From Octopus vulgaris (lineage: Eukaryota): a DNA stretch of 64,000 bases. The DNA is taken from assembly GCA_951406725.2 (NCBI GenBank), contig OX597828.1:74648001-74712000 (forward strand). The letters run 5' to 3'. The notes under the pieces are model-generated. The model saw only the letters and a list, made by a program, of their open reading frames with translations, did no database searches and was not told where the DNA came from. A program made the translations under genes and the position numbers. Below, in pieces: positions 12,351-24,692 of the stretch; the first letter of the stretch is position 1, and each line of letters opens with the position of its first letter.

Positions 12351-13073
12351 ATGTGACCCCAAACCCTTCTTCTATCCACAAACACCAAAAAATAAAGGAA
12401 GTTCCCACAGCAACATCTAAACGACCAGAAAATCTCTCTCCATAGCAGTACTACCCCCGCCAACTGACGAAGATAGGAACCAGACAGAGAGCAAAGGGAA
12501 TTGGCAGACTTCATTACAAAAAAAAAAGGGGGCAAGTTTTTTTTAAAGACATACAAGTGTGTGGTTGAGTATTCCTGTGAAGAGGAGACACTCTACTTGA
12601 GGAAGAACTTTTATCTTTTGAAGACGAACCCATTTTGTGAGGAAAAGCCAGCTTTCTCTTTGAACGAAATCACTCTCACTGCAATTTACAAGATAAAACT
12701 CAAACATATAGACAAGGAATTTCCAGTTGAAGAACTACACGAAAAAGAAATAGGATCAGATTTGAAACAGCGTAAAAATGGGACAAAAGAGAAGTGTAAA
12801 CTTTGGATAGGCTTTACGACAAACTTTTATGCAAACTGTGGTCCGCTGAATTTTCTGGAAAAACTAACGGAAAATTACTTTTTGTAGCAGTGCAGCCCAC
12901 CTGATAACGATTCAGGTCTCATGTGGCCCGCTTCTCGAAATAAGGAGCATATCGGTCATTGCTTGCTCACAATAACCCAAGAGCGACTCACACAAGATTT
13001 TAGAATCTACAGCTGCGAACAATACAAGAAAGGAATAAATATGAAGTTAAAATGGGAATTTGCAGTTCCGTGA
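12351..13073 (+). pseudogene. Decayed intronless ~240-codon ORF of unknown family
   Basis: ATG 12351 in frame with the 128-aa segment 12501-12887; frame stays open past the single TAG at 12885 to TGA 13071-13073; no frameshift needed. Confidence 0.55.
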
Positions 13074-13342
13074 TCAACTCCCAGGGGACGTTTTTATTTC
13101 TAAATAGACAGCCTGTTTTAATTATTGTGATTTATCGTACTTTTCATTTATTTGTTCAGTAAAAATACTTATGTTTTAATACATTTTTAATTCGCCCAAT
13201 TATATAACATCTTTCCTTGTCTTTGTACATTTTTCTCCATCCTTCCTCACTCGGATTTCTAAGTCTCTTGCTTAACGTTTTCTGTACATCTTCTCCGTCT
13301 CTTGTAACTCTTGAAACTAATACAGTTGATAATTATTAATAT

Positions 13343-13650
13343 TATTACCCCCACCTTGTTTGTCCGTGAACAAGATTTCTCAAGAACCGCCGAATGGATT
13401 TGGATTAAAATTTCAGAGATAGTTGGCCTTGTGGCTGGCACGAATTAGATTTTGGGATCGATCCGGTACCGGACAAGAATTCTGGATTATTTTTCTTGTA
13501 TTTTTACTTAATTTTTGAGAGCGGTCGAGTTCACTTTTAGTATTCTCGTTTGTGAGAGCAGTCGAATTTATTTCAAATATTCTCATTTCAAAAATCATCT
13601 GTGGCTAGTCGTTGAGAGGACGTAGGTGTTGCCTTGGCGGAGGTTTGCGC
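13343..13650 (+). mobile_element. Non-autonomous Helentron/DINE-1-like element (HINE)
   Basis: Subterminal inverted repeat ACCCCCACC / GGCGGAGGT, TGTTTGTCCG core; second copy reversed at 60145-60310. Confidence 0.7.
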
Positions 13651-13670
13651 CAAGTTCTCCTGCTATTATT

Positions 13671-13885
13671 AAAGCGACGAGCTGGCAGAATCGGTAACGC
13701 GCTGGACGAAATGCTTAGCGGTATTTCGCCCGTCGCTGCGTTCTGAGTTCAAATTCCGCCGAGGTCAAATTTACGTTTCATCTTTGCAGGGTCGATAAAA
13801 TAAGTACCAGTTGAACACTGAGGTCGATGCAATCCACTCACCCCACCTCTCCCTAGCTGCCCTTGTAGCAAAGTTTGAAACCATT
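13671..13885 (+). mobile_element. Family N SINE
   Basis: Full head, B box and core. Confidence 0.85.
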
Positions 13886-14349
13886 TCTGTTATTATTGTG
13901 GATTGGCAAAATTGGTAAAGTGTCAAACAAAAATGGTTTACTGGAATTAGTTGCGGCTGCTTACAATCCGAAACACACACACACACACACACACATTCTT
14001 CCTGGAGAGAGAGCGGAGAGAGAGAGGGAGGGAGGGAGAGAGAGAGAAAGAGAGAGAGGGAAATGACAGAATGATCCTTTAATTTCCCGTATTCTTTACA
14101 TCTTTGCTCTCTTCCACCACTTCACCACCAAACCACTACTACTACTACTACACTACAACTACTGCTGTTACTACTACTGCTGTTACTACTACTGCTACCA
14201 CTACGTACATTATTATTGAAACTGACTCCCGATATACGTAGTCGTGCAGTGTGTATTGGCTATAAACAGGAACACGCTCATCGGTTACTATGGTTACCAA
14301 TAGAGCCAGGGATGTTTATTCCTGAAATTTGATAGAAATAGATGTGCTG

Positions 14350-14520
14350 GTGGGAGAGGGATGGGGTGAGGGTGGTGATGGTGGTTGCGGTGGGTTGCGG
14401 TGGAGGCGGTCTTGGTGGTAGTGGTGGTCGTGGTTATGGTGATGGTCGTGATGGCGGTGGTGGTGGTTGTGGTTTTGGTAGTGGTCGTGGTGATGGTGGT
14501 GACGGCGATGATGATGGGAA
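14350..14520. repeat. Degenerate (GGT)n trinucleotide tract
   Basis: Directly visible. Confidence 0.85.
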
Positions 14521-14793
14521 CGTATGGATGAAGACAGCTCCAACGTTATTCACACACACACACACACACATTCATATTTGGTATTATTAGGTACGTTACA
14601 CAATCTCCTACAGCTCCATTCTTCATCGATATCGATCTGAGAAGAATCAATAGTCAGTAAATAAGTGATCGGTACGAAGCCGAGCCAACGGGGTAGCCTC
14701 TTCTGCAGCGGGTGGAGTCAATTCCAGATACAGAAGCAACTGCAATTCCCCACATCTGGGCCAAGAAAAAGGGAATTTTACAAATCCATTCGG

Positions 14794-15148
14794 AGGCACA
14801 AGTGTAGCTGAGTGGTAGGAAATTTGCTTCCTATTCACATGGTTCTGGGTTCAGTCCCACCGCGTGGCACCCTGGGTGAGTGTAACTTGACTGTAGCCTC
14901 AGGCCGATCAAAGCCTTGTGAGTGAATTCAGTAGATGGAAACTGAAAAGAAGCCTATCGTGTGTGTGTCTGTGTGTCCAACCAATGCTTGGCAACTAGTG
15001 TTGGTTTGTTTACATCCCTGTAACATAGCAGTTCGGCAAAAGAGACCGGTTAAAAAAAGTGCACTGGGTGTCGATTCGATTACAAATTCTTCAAGGCGGT
15101 GCCCCAGCATGGCCGTGGTCTAATGACCGAAACAAAAGATTAAAAGAA
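14794..15148 (+). mobile_element. Family A SINE
   Basis: GGGTTCAGTCCCAC B-box-like motif, AAAGCCTTGTGAGTG, GGCGGTGCCCCAGCATGGCC, GAAACAAAAGA tail. Confidence 0.85.
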
Positions 15149-15641
15149 AATATGCCGCTTATATTGAGGGGACGTTCAAGTCCAACAAGACCAAAAGGAT
15201 TAAATCAATTCTTCGTGGGGGGTCGTTGTTTTTTTTCTTCTTTTCTTTACAGAGATCGTCAAGGGAGAGATTTCGCAAATAAAAGGCCCTGACAGAACTC
15301 CCTACGCTTCTTCAATGTCAGTCATGGACAAACTGCAGGCCGCAGGACTTTCTGAGTGGCACGCTTAATGAAATATTACTTTGATTAATTTTCATTAGTG
15401 AGGCCCGCCTTATGATGCTCAATGTCTCCCGAGGCTCGTTTCTCGAAAATGGTTGCCCGTGCCTATTTTATGTGGTCGCTCGATCTGCTAGAGATAGAAG
15501 TAAAACCGCCTTCAAATCACAACCTACCATCGTTTTATTATCTCTTTTTCTTTTAAGGAAAAAGACGTCATATATGCCCAGGTTCCATTTGTCATAGAAA
15601 TGGATGGTCATGGTCGGGAGGCCTCTGATCAATAGGTCTAC

Positions 15642-17109
15642 ATGATGGCGGTTGAGCTACGGACAAACAACAGCACAAGCACCGCAACATGTAGACATAA
15701 GACACATGGAAGCATGAGATATGTGGGCGTCACATGGAGACCGATATTTGAAAACATTTGGCACATGGAGACATCGGACATATGGAGACATTTTTTCTAT
15801 CCTTTATTCCTGTCACACACGCAAAAAAGGACGCGAGTCCATGACGGAAACCAGTGGAATCCCGAACGAAAGGTCTTCTGCTGTTTGGTCAAAGTAGTTT
15901 TCAGTTCAAATGCCACTGGACCCTACTTTGATTCGACTCTATATGGAATGCATGAGACCGATCCCGTCAACTACATATGGACTTGTAGATGCGAGGGTAT
16001 TCACCCAGGGTGGCTCGAGGCGGTTCCGTCCAACGAGTTCACCACGTCCCTCACCAATGCCGATCACACCCGACGGTCGGCCACAGTCGAGGCTGTAATG
16101 GACACCCGCTCCCGGCTCCACTGTCGAAGTCCATAGACGCGGCGTAGCCGTAGTCGCCATTTGCTGTTGAGGTGCAGCGTTCATGTTCGGCGTTTCAGTG
16201 GGAATGCATGTTCACATGTGGCCCCTGGTCACATGCATGCACACTATGGAATAGTGTGATACACAAGCAGCTCATCTTGCCGCCATCTACCGTCTGTCGC
16301 AGAGAATTCGCTGACCAACTAACCGCCGGTTATCGGAGTAAACGTAGCCACGGTTGAAAGCGGGTTCCAGAGACATGATGCTTCAGCAAAAGCCAATAGG
16401 TACCTTCATTCCCAATGGTCTTTCAGCAAGCCGGACACCAACCCGGAATCTCCGAGGGACCGTGCTATTGTTAGATATGGTAGAACCTACAGTAGATTCA
16501 TCCGTCCTTTTGACAAGTCTTGTTTTTAGTCCAGGCAAGCCTAGTGGGGGTGCCAGTTTAGTCACCGACGACCCAACAATGCAACAGGTTTCCCTGGGGT
16601 CTATGTTACCTGTAGCAATCAGGGGAGACCTCACAGGTGACCTGACACACCGACTGCATATAGACTGGATGTGGCCGATCATGATGACTACATAGGAACT
16701 GAAAGTGGTCGATCATACCAGCTATACATGGACTGAAGGCGGCGAGCTGGCAGAATCGTTAGCGCACTGGACGAAGTGCCTGATGGTATTTCGTCTGCCG
16801 TTACGTTCTGAGTCCAAATTCCGCCAGCTCGCCTTTGTCTTTCATCCTTTCGGTGGTCGATTAAATAAGTACCAGTTACGCACTGGGGTCGATGTAATCG
16901 ACTTGATCCCTTTGTCTGTCCTTGTTTGTCCCTTCTATGTTTAGCACCCTGTGGACAATAAAGAAATATACATATACGGACTGCGTGTGAACGATCTCGT
17001 CGACTATATACGGACTGTATGCGAGCGATTTTATGGACCGTGTGGTCTCTGCAACAAATTCCTGTGGTGGAATTGCGTCAATATGAGAAACAAAAGCCAA
17101 TCAAAATAA
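15642..17109 (+). pseudogene. GC-richer decayed coding-like cassette containing two copies (A, B) of the unknown module, split by a SINE
   Basis: 164-aa ORF 15642-16136; 15940-15983 matches 16973-17016 at 35/44 nt ungapped; copy B ends ..CGLCNKFLWWNC..TAA 17109. Confidence 0.5.
16736..16968 (+). mobile_element. Family N SINE with imperfect 12-bp TSD
   Basis: Full-length; ATACATGGACTG 16724-16735 vs ATATACGGACTG 16972-16983. Confidence 0.9.
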
Positions 17110-17649
17110 AACAAAGAATTTAAACGCATTTCTGTGCCCAAAGTGGTTTCAGAAAACCAACAAATAAATAATTAAATGAGGCACAAAAATGAAAGAACAG
17201 AGAGAAATCACATCCCACTCTGGCTTTCACATCAAACGTTGGCTCTCACGTGGAATGGCCTCATGAGAGAAGAATCAGGCCAAGTACTCTCTCATTGCTG
17301 CAATAGAAAGAGGCGAGTATTAAATGTTAGTCAGCAACCGAAAGAGTAATTATTAATTAGCACTTTAGAGTTTAAGAGACGAAATTAAGAGGGAATCAAA
17401 TTAAAACTGAACATAAATAAATAAATAAATGTATGCTTCACTAAAAAGTTTCGGCAGGAGACATCATCATCATCATCATCATCATCATCGTCAGCAGCAG
17501 CAGCAGCAGTTGAGAATATTACGTCATTTATTCTAATTGCTGATAGAGTGCAAAAACGTTTGTGGTTAGTTGCTGTCCTCATCGCTAGGTGGGGACACCA
17601 TCAATAAAAAAAAGAAATTTAATTGCAGCTCTTTAAAAATTGTCAATTA

Positions 17650-18045
17650 TACTCTTACTCTTTTACTTGTTTCAGTCATTTGACTGCGGTCATGCTGGAG
17701 CACCGCCTTTAGTCGAGCAAATCGACCCCAGGACTTATTCTCCGTAAGTCTAGTACTTATTCTATCGGTCTCTTTTGCCGGACCGCTAGGTGACGGGGAC
17801 GTAAACACAGTACCATCGGTTGTCAAGCGATGTTGGGGGACAAACACAAACACACCAACATACATATATATACACATATATATGCGACGGGCTTCTTTCA
17901 GTTTCCGTCTAGCAAGTCCACTCACAAGACTTTGGTCGGCCCGAGGCTATAGTGGAAGACACTTGCCCAAGGTGCCACGCAGTGGAACTGAACCCTGAAC
18001 CATGTGGCTGGTAAGCAAGCTACTTACCACACAGCCACTCCTGCA
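17650..18045 (-). mobile_element. Full-length family A SINE
   Basis: Reverse complement of the 52174 copy; (AGAGTA)n tail. Confidence 0.92.
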
Positions 18046-18377
18046 AAATAAAATATATGAATTATTATTTATTTTTTTACATTAATGTCCCAAAAGCTGA
18101 AGAGAATCGGAATTTACCGACCACTTCAGACACGGACTTCTTTGGGCCCCGGGCATTTATGTGCACGCATGCGCGTTTGTTCATTACGTATTTATCTTTT
18201 TTTTTATGTTTTAGTCTGTGGAGTGCGATCATACTGGAGCACCATTTCGAAGAGTTTAGTCGACCATACCGATTCCACTACTTTTTTAAAAGCCTGGAAC
18301 TTACTCTGTCTAGATCAGATTCTGGTATATTGAGCACTCGGTCTATCAAAGAATTCTTATAAATGTCACCTATATCT

Positions 18378-18461
<84 letters not shown>

Positions 18462-18984
18462 CATGTATATTTATAAGCAGTCGCACTCAGTCATCTAATT
18501 AACCAGCTGGAGGTCATTCACCATTCCTCATTTAAGTGTTTTAATACTAACGAAAACCACACACATACACACACAGAGAAATACTTGTACATACACGTAC
18601 ATACGTGTACATGTCAGTACACACACACACGTACCCAATCACCCATCATTTTCTTTTAGAATCCCCAATTACCTACCCTCATATCCCCTTTCTCTCTCTC
18701 TCTCTCTCTCTCGCACACACACAATCAAACAAACGTACACATCACAGATGTAAAATAATTCTCTATACTCATTAGGTTAATGATGATGATGATAATGAAT
18801 ACCATTTTATTACAACACCAACACCCTCCTATACACACATGTACGCCAAACTATTCCAGCTGTAAACACACACAAACCAAATTCACATAAATAGGCGTCT
18901 CGGTGTGTGTGTGTGTGGGGGGGGGGGCGATAGCAGGGATCAATTTAATATATATTCTCTCTCCACCTACCCCTATGTAGTCTT

Positions 18985-20053
18985 GTCTTCTGAGGTGATA
19001 ATCGTTTACATTCTTTGAAATGTTCCTTTAGCCATCTTTATTCTTAGCCATCCATTTTCTTTGTGTAATTTCTTCACGGCAACGTTCCAGGTTTATTATT
19101 TTGTCCCGAGTAGTTCTTGCTTTTTTTTTTTTGTTCTCCTTGCTCAAGCTTCTGTCCACCTGTCTTTATATCAGCTTCCTTTCGTTCTGTCTTACTAATA
19201 ACCATTGTTCTTTCGTGCATTCATACTCAGGCCTTCCTTTATACTATGCTATTTTTTTTTTTTACATCAACGGGTTCTCGTAATTTCTCTCTGCTGTCGG
19301 CCAACAACGCTGTACCACCAGCATATCTTAAAATTATATATGTTCATGTTTGTAACTGCGAGTCTATTGATTTCATTTGACTTTCTGAATAAATATTCAA
19401 TATAGGTATTAACCCTTTCGATACCAACCCGGTTGAAACCGCCTCTGGTTCTGTAGTACAAATGTTTTGTTTTCATAAGTTTTGAATTAAAATCTTCCAC
19501 CAAACTTTAGTCACGATTTATGCTCTTAACCCGAGCTTAATGATAACTAAATTATTTAACTAAATTCTTGTTATATTTAAAATTAATTGAAAGAAACACA
19601 GAACTTCTCAAAATAAATAGGGTAACGAAAGGGCTAAACAGGTGTGGTGATAAAACACATCCTTATCTTACACCTTTTAATTCAGCTGGTTCCGACAATT
19701 CCTGGTCTAATATCATGGCTGTCTTTCAGTTCCAATTTATCTTACAGATTATCCCTTCTAATCCGGCCTTTTCTAAAGAGGTGATGAGTTTTGTGGCATT
19801 CATAGTGAAATACCTTGGCATACAGAATCTATGAAGCAAGCAAGCAAGCAACTAGATATTTCCATGCTTGCATTTGCTTTTACGCCTGACCTTTGAAGCA
19901 GAAGATGGCGTCACTTAACCCCCGTTGGCCCAGCATCCAAATTGCTCCTTACTGACTCTTGCATTTATGTTGCTTTCTATTCTTCCCAATATGGTTGCCA
20001 GAAATATTTTAAAAGTACAAGACCAAATATTACAGCCAGCACAGTTCTGTGTT

Positions 20054-20055
<2 letters not shown>
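18985..20055 (-). mobile_element. RTE-clade LINE reverse-transcriptase relic, interrupted by a MITE
   Basis: Removing the MITE restores GCVLSPHLFNTYIEYLFR on the minus strand, followed by decayed RYAGGTALLAD (YADD site). Confidence 0.8.
19413..19633. mobile_element. piggyBac-type MITE
   Basis: TTAA|CCCTTTCGATACC ... GGTAACGAAAGGG|CTAA; TTAA target and CCC/GGG termini. Confidence 0.85.
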
Positions 20056-20114
<59 letters not shown>

Positions 20115-21307
20115 GTATATAAAATCAACATTACGCACATCGTTAATTTAATCTGATCTATTGAGTGCCACTCGACTCAGACAATGCCATTCCCCGTTGC
20201 TATGTGTTTGTCTAAGCTGGTTCTTTGTATTCAATCTGAGTGAAACTGGTGATTTAAAAGACCAGACCTGCTTCCTCTTAAAAACCGCATATCCACTTGT
20301 CAGACTTCCTGCTGTGACCACGTGATACAGATGAGATAATAAAATCATTGTTAGCTCCGCAAAACAAATGAAAACATTACATATTGTCTTTAATGGTTTC
20401 GACTTTTTGTTTCTTTAACCTATATATACACACGCACGCACGCGCACACACGAATGTATGAATATTTTAAATATAATATTCATACTCACATTCGTGTATA
20501 TATTAGACATAAACGCATACATATCTACACACATGTATATATACACACCCATACATACAAACGAACACACACATATTTATATATACATTACATTCTCTGT
20601 TCAATTCCTCTTGGAGTCGACTACTTTTTATCCCTCCGATGCCGTTTATTTAAACGACTCCACACACCACAGAGGTCCATTACACATTTACACACACGTT
20701 TGTATGCATGTTTGTAAGTATGCGTGTTGGTCTCCTGTGGATATTTGACACAAAGGTAAGAACCGATGCTGGGTCAAAAAGGTAACTTAGCCATTCCATC
20801 GAATAAATATCGATCAATTCTGCACTAGAATAAATGCTGGGATTCATAGAATCAGCAAATTAACTTTCCTAGCGTCGCAGCGAAATTACTGAAACGTGTG
20901 TGCGTGATGACAAAACACACATCACACCTTAATTGACCTAATCGATGCATTGGTATTGATCTACAATGAACCAGAGATTAGTCGGGGGTCTTTTGGGAAT
21001 AGCATACAGAGATCGTGTCGCAAATAAGGAAGTGAAAAGAAGAATAAGGCGGGCAACAGGGACCTATGAGTATGCGTGATTGCCCCCCCCCACCCCGCAC
21101 CATCACTTGAGAACTGACGTAGGTGTGTTTTCGTCCCCGTAAACTAGCGGTTCAACAAAAGAGAACGACAGAATAAATACTAGGCATACAAAGAATAAGT
21201 CCTGGGGTCGATTTCTTCGGCTAAAAACAAGTGAAAGAATAAAAGAATATGTATGATCCTTTCTAGGCTAAACACATGCATAACCGTTTACACTCGCATT
21301 GATACAG

Positions 21308-21727
<420 letters not shown>

Positions 21728-21799
21728 GCGTATTTGATGTGTGTGAGAGAGAGAAGCCAGAGGTGAAGCGTGGCCTTAATAGCTAAAACAAGAGAATGT

Positions 21800-22200
21800 T
21801 GTGGCGCGTGTGATTCCCCTTCAATCGCTCGCTCACGTGATCACTGCTTTAAAAAAGACATTATAAAAAGTCACACGTCCTGAACATTTGACATGCATCA
21901 ATTCATGTAGTTTGTTGTTGTCGTTGTTGTTGTTGGTGGTGGTGACGTCACTGTTGTTCTCTCTTTGTTTTCGTTTTTGCGCTTGTTTCTGTTCTTGTTC
22001 TGCGCGGTTCCGTCTGACCCCGATCCATAATCATCGTCTCCCCTACACCACCACCACCGCCTTAGATGCTCCTCATTCACCGACAAACTGGAAACAGACG
22101 AGAAAACCATTTGCTAAAGCTCTTGGATGCGTTCTGCTGCTGGATCGAGAAAGAAGACAAGGAAAGCCTTGTATTGTGTGCCACAGTCAATCATTTCTCT
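21800..22200. promoter_or_regulatory. Candidate promoter/enhancer in unique sequence
   Basis: TCACGTGA E-box 21833-21840, TATAAAA 21862-21868, GTGACGTCAC CRE 21942-21951, local CpG retention; motifs only. Confidence 0.3.
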
Positions 22201-22206
22201 CCACCT

Positions 22207-22262
<56 letters not shown>

Positions 22263-22264
<2 letters not shown>

Positions 22265-22630
22265 TTTGCTTGTTTCAGTCATTTGACTACGGCCATCGAC
22301 TACAGGACCTATTCTTTGTAAGCCTAGTACTTATTCTATCGGTGTCTTTTACCGATTACGGGGACGTAAACACGCTAGTATCAGTTGTCCGGCGATGTTG
22401 GGTGGACAAACACAGACATACAAACGCACACACACACACACATACACATATATATATATATACATATATACGACGGGCTTCTTTCAGTTTCCATCTACCA
22501 AATTAACTCACAAGGCTTTGGTCGGCCCGAGGCTATAAAAGAAGACACCTGTCCAAGGTGCCACGCAGTGGGACTGAACCCAGAACCATATGAAGCATCC
22601 TACTTACTACACAGCCACTCCCGCACCTAT
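22263..22630 (-). mobile_element. Family A SINE with internal deletions
   Basis: Collinear with 17650-18045. Confidence 0.88.
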
Positions 22631-23000
22631 ATATATATATTATGCCAGTGCTCAAGCATGGCCACAGTCAAATGACTGAAATAAATAAAAGAGTGAAAGC
22701 AATTCTATAATTTAGCCTCGCTGTCAAATTAGGCCCACGATGGGATTTTTTTCCGTAGCTAAGGATCCTGATTGAATCGATCAGTTGTATAAGTATTTAA
22801 CAACCCTCTATCCACCCACCTTCACCGCCTACTTTGCCTGGGAGAGTCTTGGGAGTAGAGTCCCTCAACATCTCCACAATAGGGTTCTATCAGATGCAAC
22901 CGCCATTAGACTTTAAGGCTGGATCTCCAAGCGTGACCAACTGAGATAATGGATATTAACCAATCATCTCATTCTTCGTCTTCACTCCAAGGCTCATTTA

Positions 23001-23386
23001 TTCTTTTACTTGTTTCAGTCATTTCACTGCGGCCATGCAGGAGCACCGCCTTTAGTCGAGCAAATCGACCCCGGGACTTATTCTTTGTAAGTCTAGTACT
23101 TATTCTATCGGTGTCTTTTGCCGAACCGCTAGGTGTCGGGGACGTAAACACACCAGCATCGGTTGTCAAGCGATGTTAGGGGGACAAACAAACACACAAA
23201 AACACACATATATATACATATATACGACAGGCTTCTTTCAGTTTCCGCCTACCAAATCAACTCACAAACCTTTGGTCGGCCCGAGGCTATAGTAGAAGAC
23301 ACTTGCCCAAGGTACCATGCAGTGGGACCGAACCCGGAATCATGTGGTTGGTAAGCAAGCTACTTACCACACAGCCACTCCTGCGC
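23001..23386 (-). mobile_element. Full-length family A SINE
   Basis: Collinear with 17650-18045. Confidence 0.92.
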
Positions 23387-23483
23387 TGTTCAACAATTTC
23401 CCCCAAATTCTCTCACCTAAAGGGTAACTAAACGTTGTTTATTGAAATACTAAATCACGTGACTAACTCATTTACATAACGGT

Positions 23484-23869
23484 GGATGGAAGCACTCCGT
23501 CGGTTACGACGACGAGGGTTCCGGTTGATCCGATCAACGGAACAGCCTGCTCGTGAAATCAACGTGTAAGTGGCTGAGCACTCCACAGACACGTGTACCC
23601 TTAACGTAGTTTTCGGGGATATTCAGCGTGACACAGAGAGTGACAAGGCCGGCCCCTTGAAATACAGGTACAACAGAAACAGGAAGTAAGAGTGAGAGAA
23701 AGTTGTGGTGAAAGAGTACAGCAGGGATCACCACCATCCCTGCCGGAGCCTCGTGGAGCTTTAGGTGTTTTCGCTCAATAAACACTCACAACGCCCGGTC
23801 TGGGAATCGAAACCGCGATCCTACGACCGCGAGTCCGATGCCCTAACCACTGGGCCATTGCGCTTCCAC
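23484..23869 (-). mobile_element. OR1-like SINE with tail type iii, 11-bp TSD
   Basis: TSD TACATAACGGT at 23473-23483 and 23870-23880; tRNA-like head; tail shared with 52791, 41178, 63910. Confidence 0.92.
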
Positions 23870-24598
23870 TACATAACGGTAGGAAGCTGAATTCTTGTCT
23901 ATAATCACTGAAGTGATAATACATTGTGACTTATGGAGATTTGATTTCGTCCTGTGTTCTTTTAAATTTTATTTTTTGCCCATTTTTTATCATGCCTTTG
24001 CGCGGGGTTTGTTAGTTTTTCTGATACGGTCTTAATATCACTCTAAACATTGTATTTCCTCACCTAAAAATGCTAGCCAATCACCATTAGGGTATATTCC
24101 CTGAATATTCCATCTTGGCGCCAATATGGTATTTGAACTCAGGACGAAAACATCCGGAAAAGATAGCGCAATTCATCTCGACAGACATTTTAAGAATCAC
24201 ACACACACTTATATTAGTAAAGATGCGTAGAAACGAAAAAAAAAAGAAAAAGGATCACCCAACAGTATGAGAGTTAAGAGTATTTACTGGTTAACTGAAC
24301 CTCACATCACTTAAAGTTTCGAAGAGTTGAATCCGGATCTACCTCTTCTAGGATCTAATATTTCTGACCTGAATCATCTGAAGAGCTACACCGTTATATA
24401 TAATGTAAATTTTGTTTCCGTTTAAACGATTGAAGGCAAAGCACTCAATACATAAATTAGAGTAGACGCATTAATTGAATTAATAACTCGCACAAGACAA
24501 GCAGTATTGCCTTTATGTAGGATCTGTCTGAGAGTGCCAGATGACTTCTAAATTGACGAAAAGAGGTCCAGTCTTGTGTAATATGTATGAATGCGCGC

Positions 24599-24692
<94 letters not shown>

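Noticed and set aside
12340-12353. AGGAGG five nt before ATG 12351, suggesting a bacterial or phage origin
   Set aside because: Single hexamer, absent before the other ORF; chance occurrence is likely and no prokaryotic homology is recognisable
14316-14590. Gly-rich and His-rich ORFs
   Set aside because: Degenerate (GGT)n repeat ending in (CA)n
18083-18160. CTGAAGA followed by TCGG/CCGA hairpin as a hammerhead
   Set aside because: No GAAA or stem III follows; cannot be supported from this copy
24265-24400. Hammerhead-like pieces (GAAGA..TTCGAAAC on minus, CTGAAGAG on plus)
   Set aside because: Core needs an indel, stem I and NUH triplet are not satisfied; at most a very old relic
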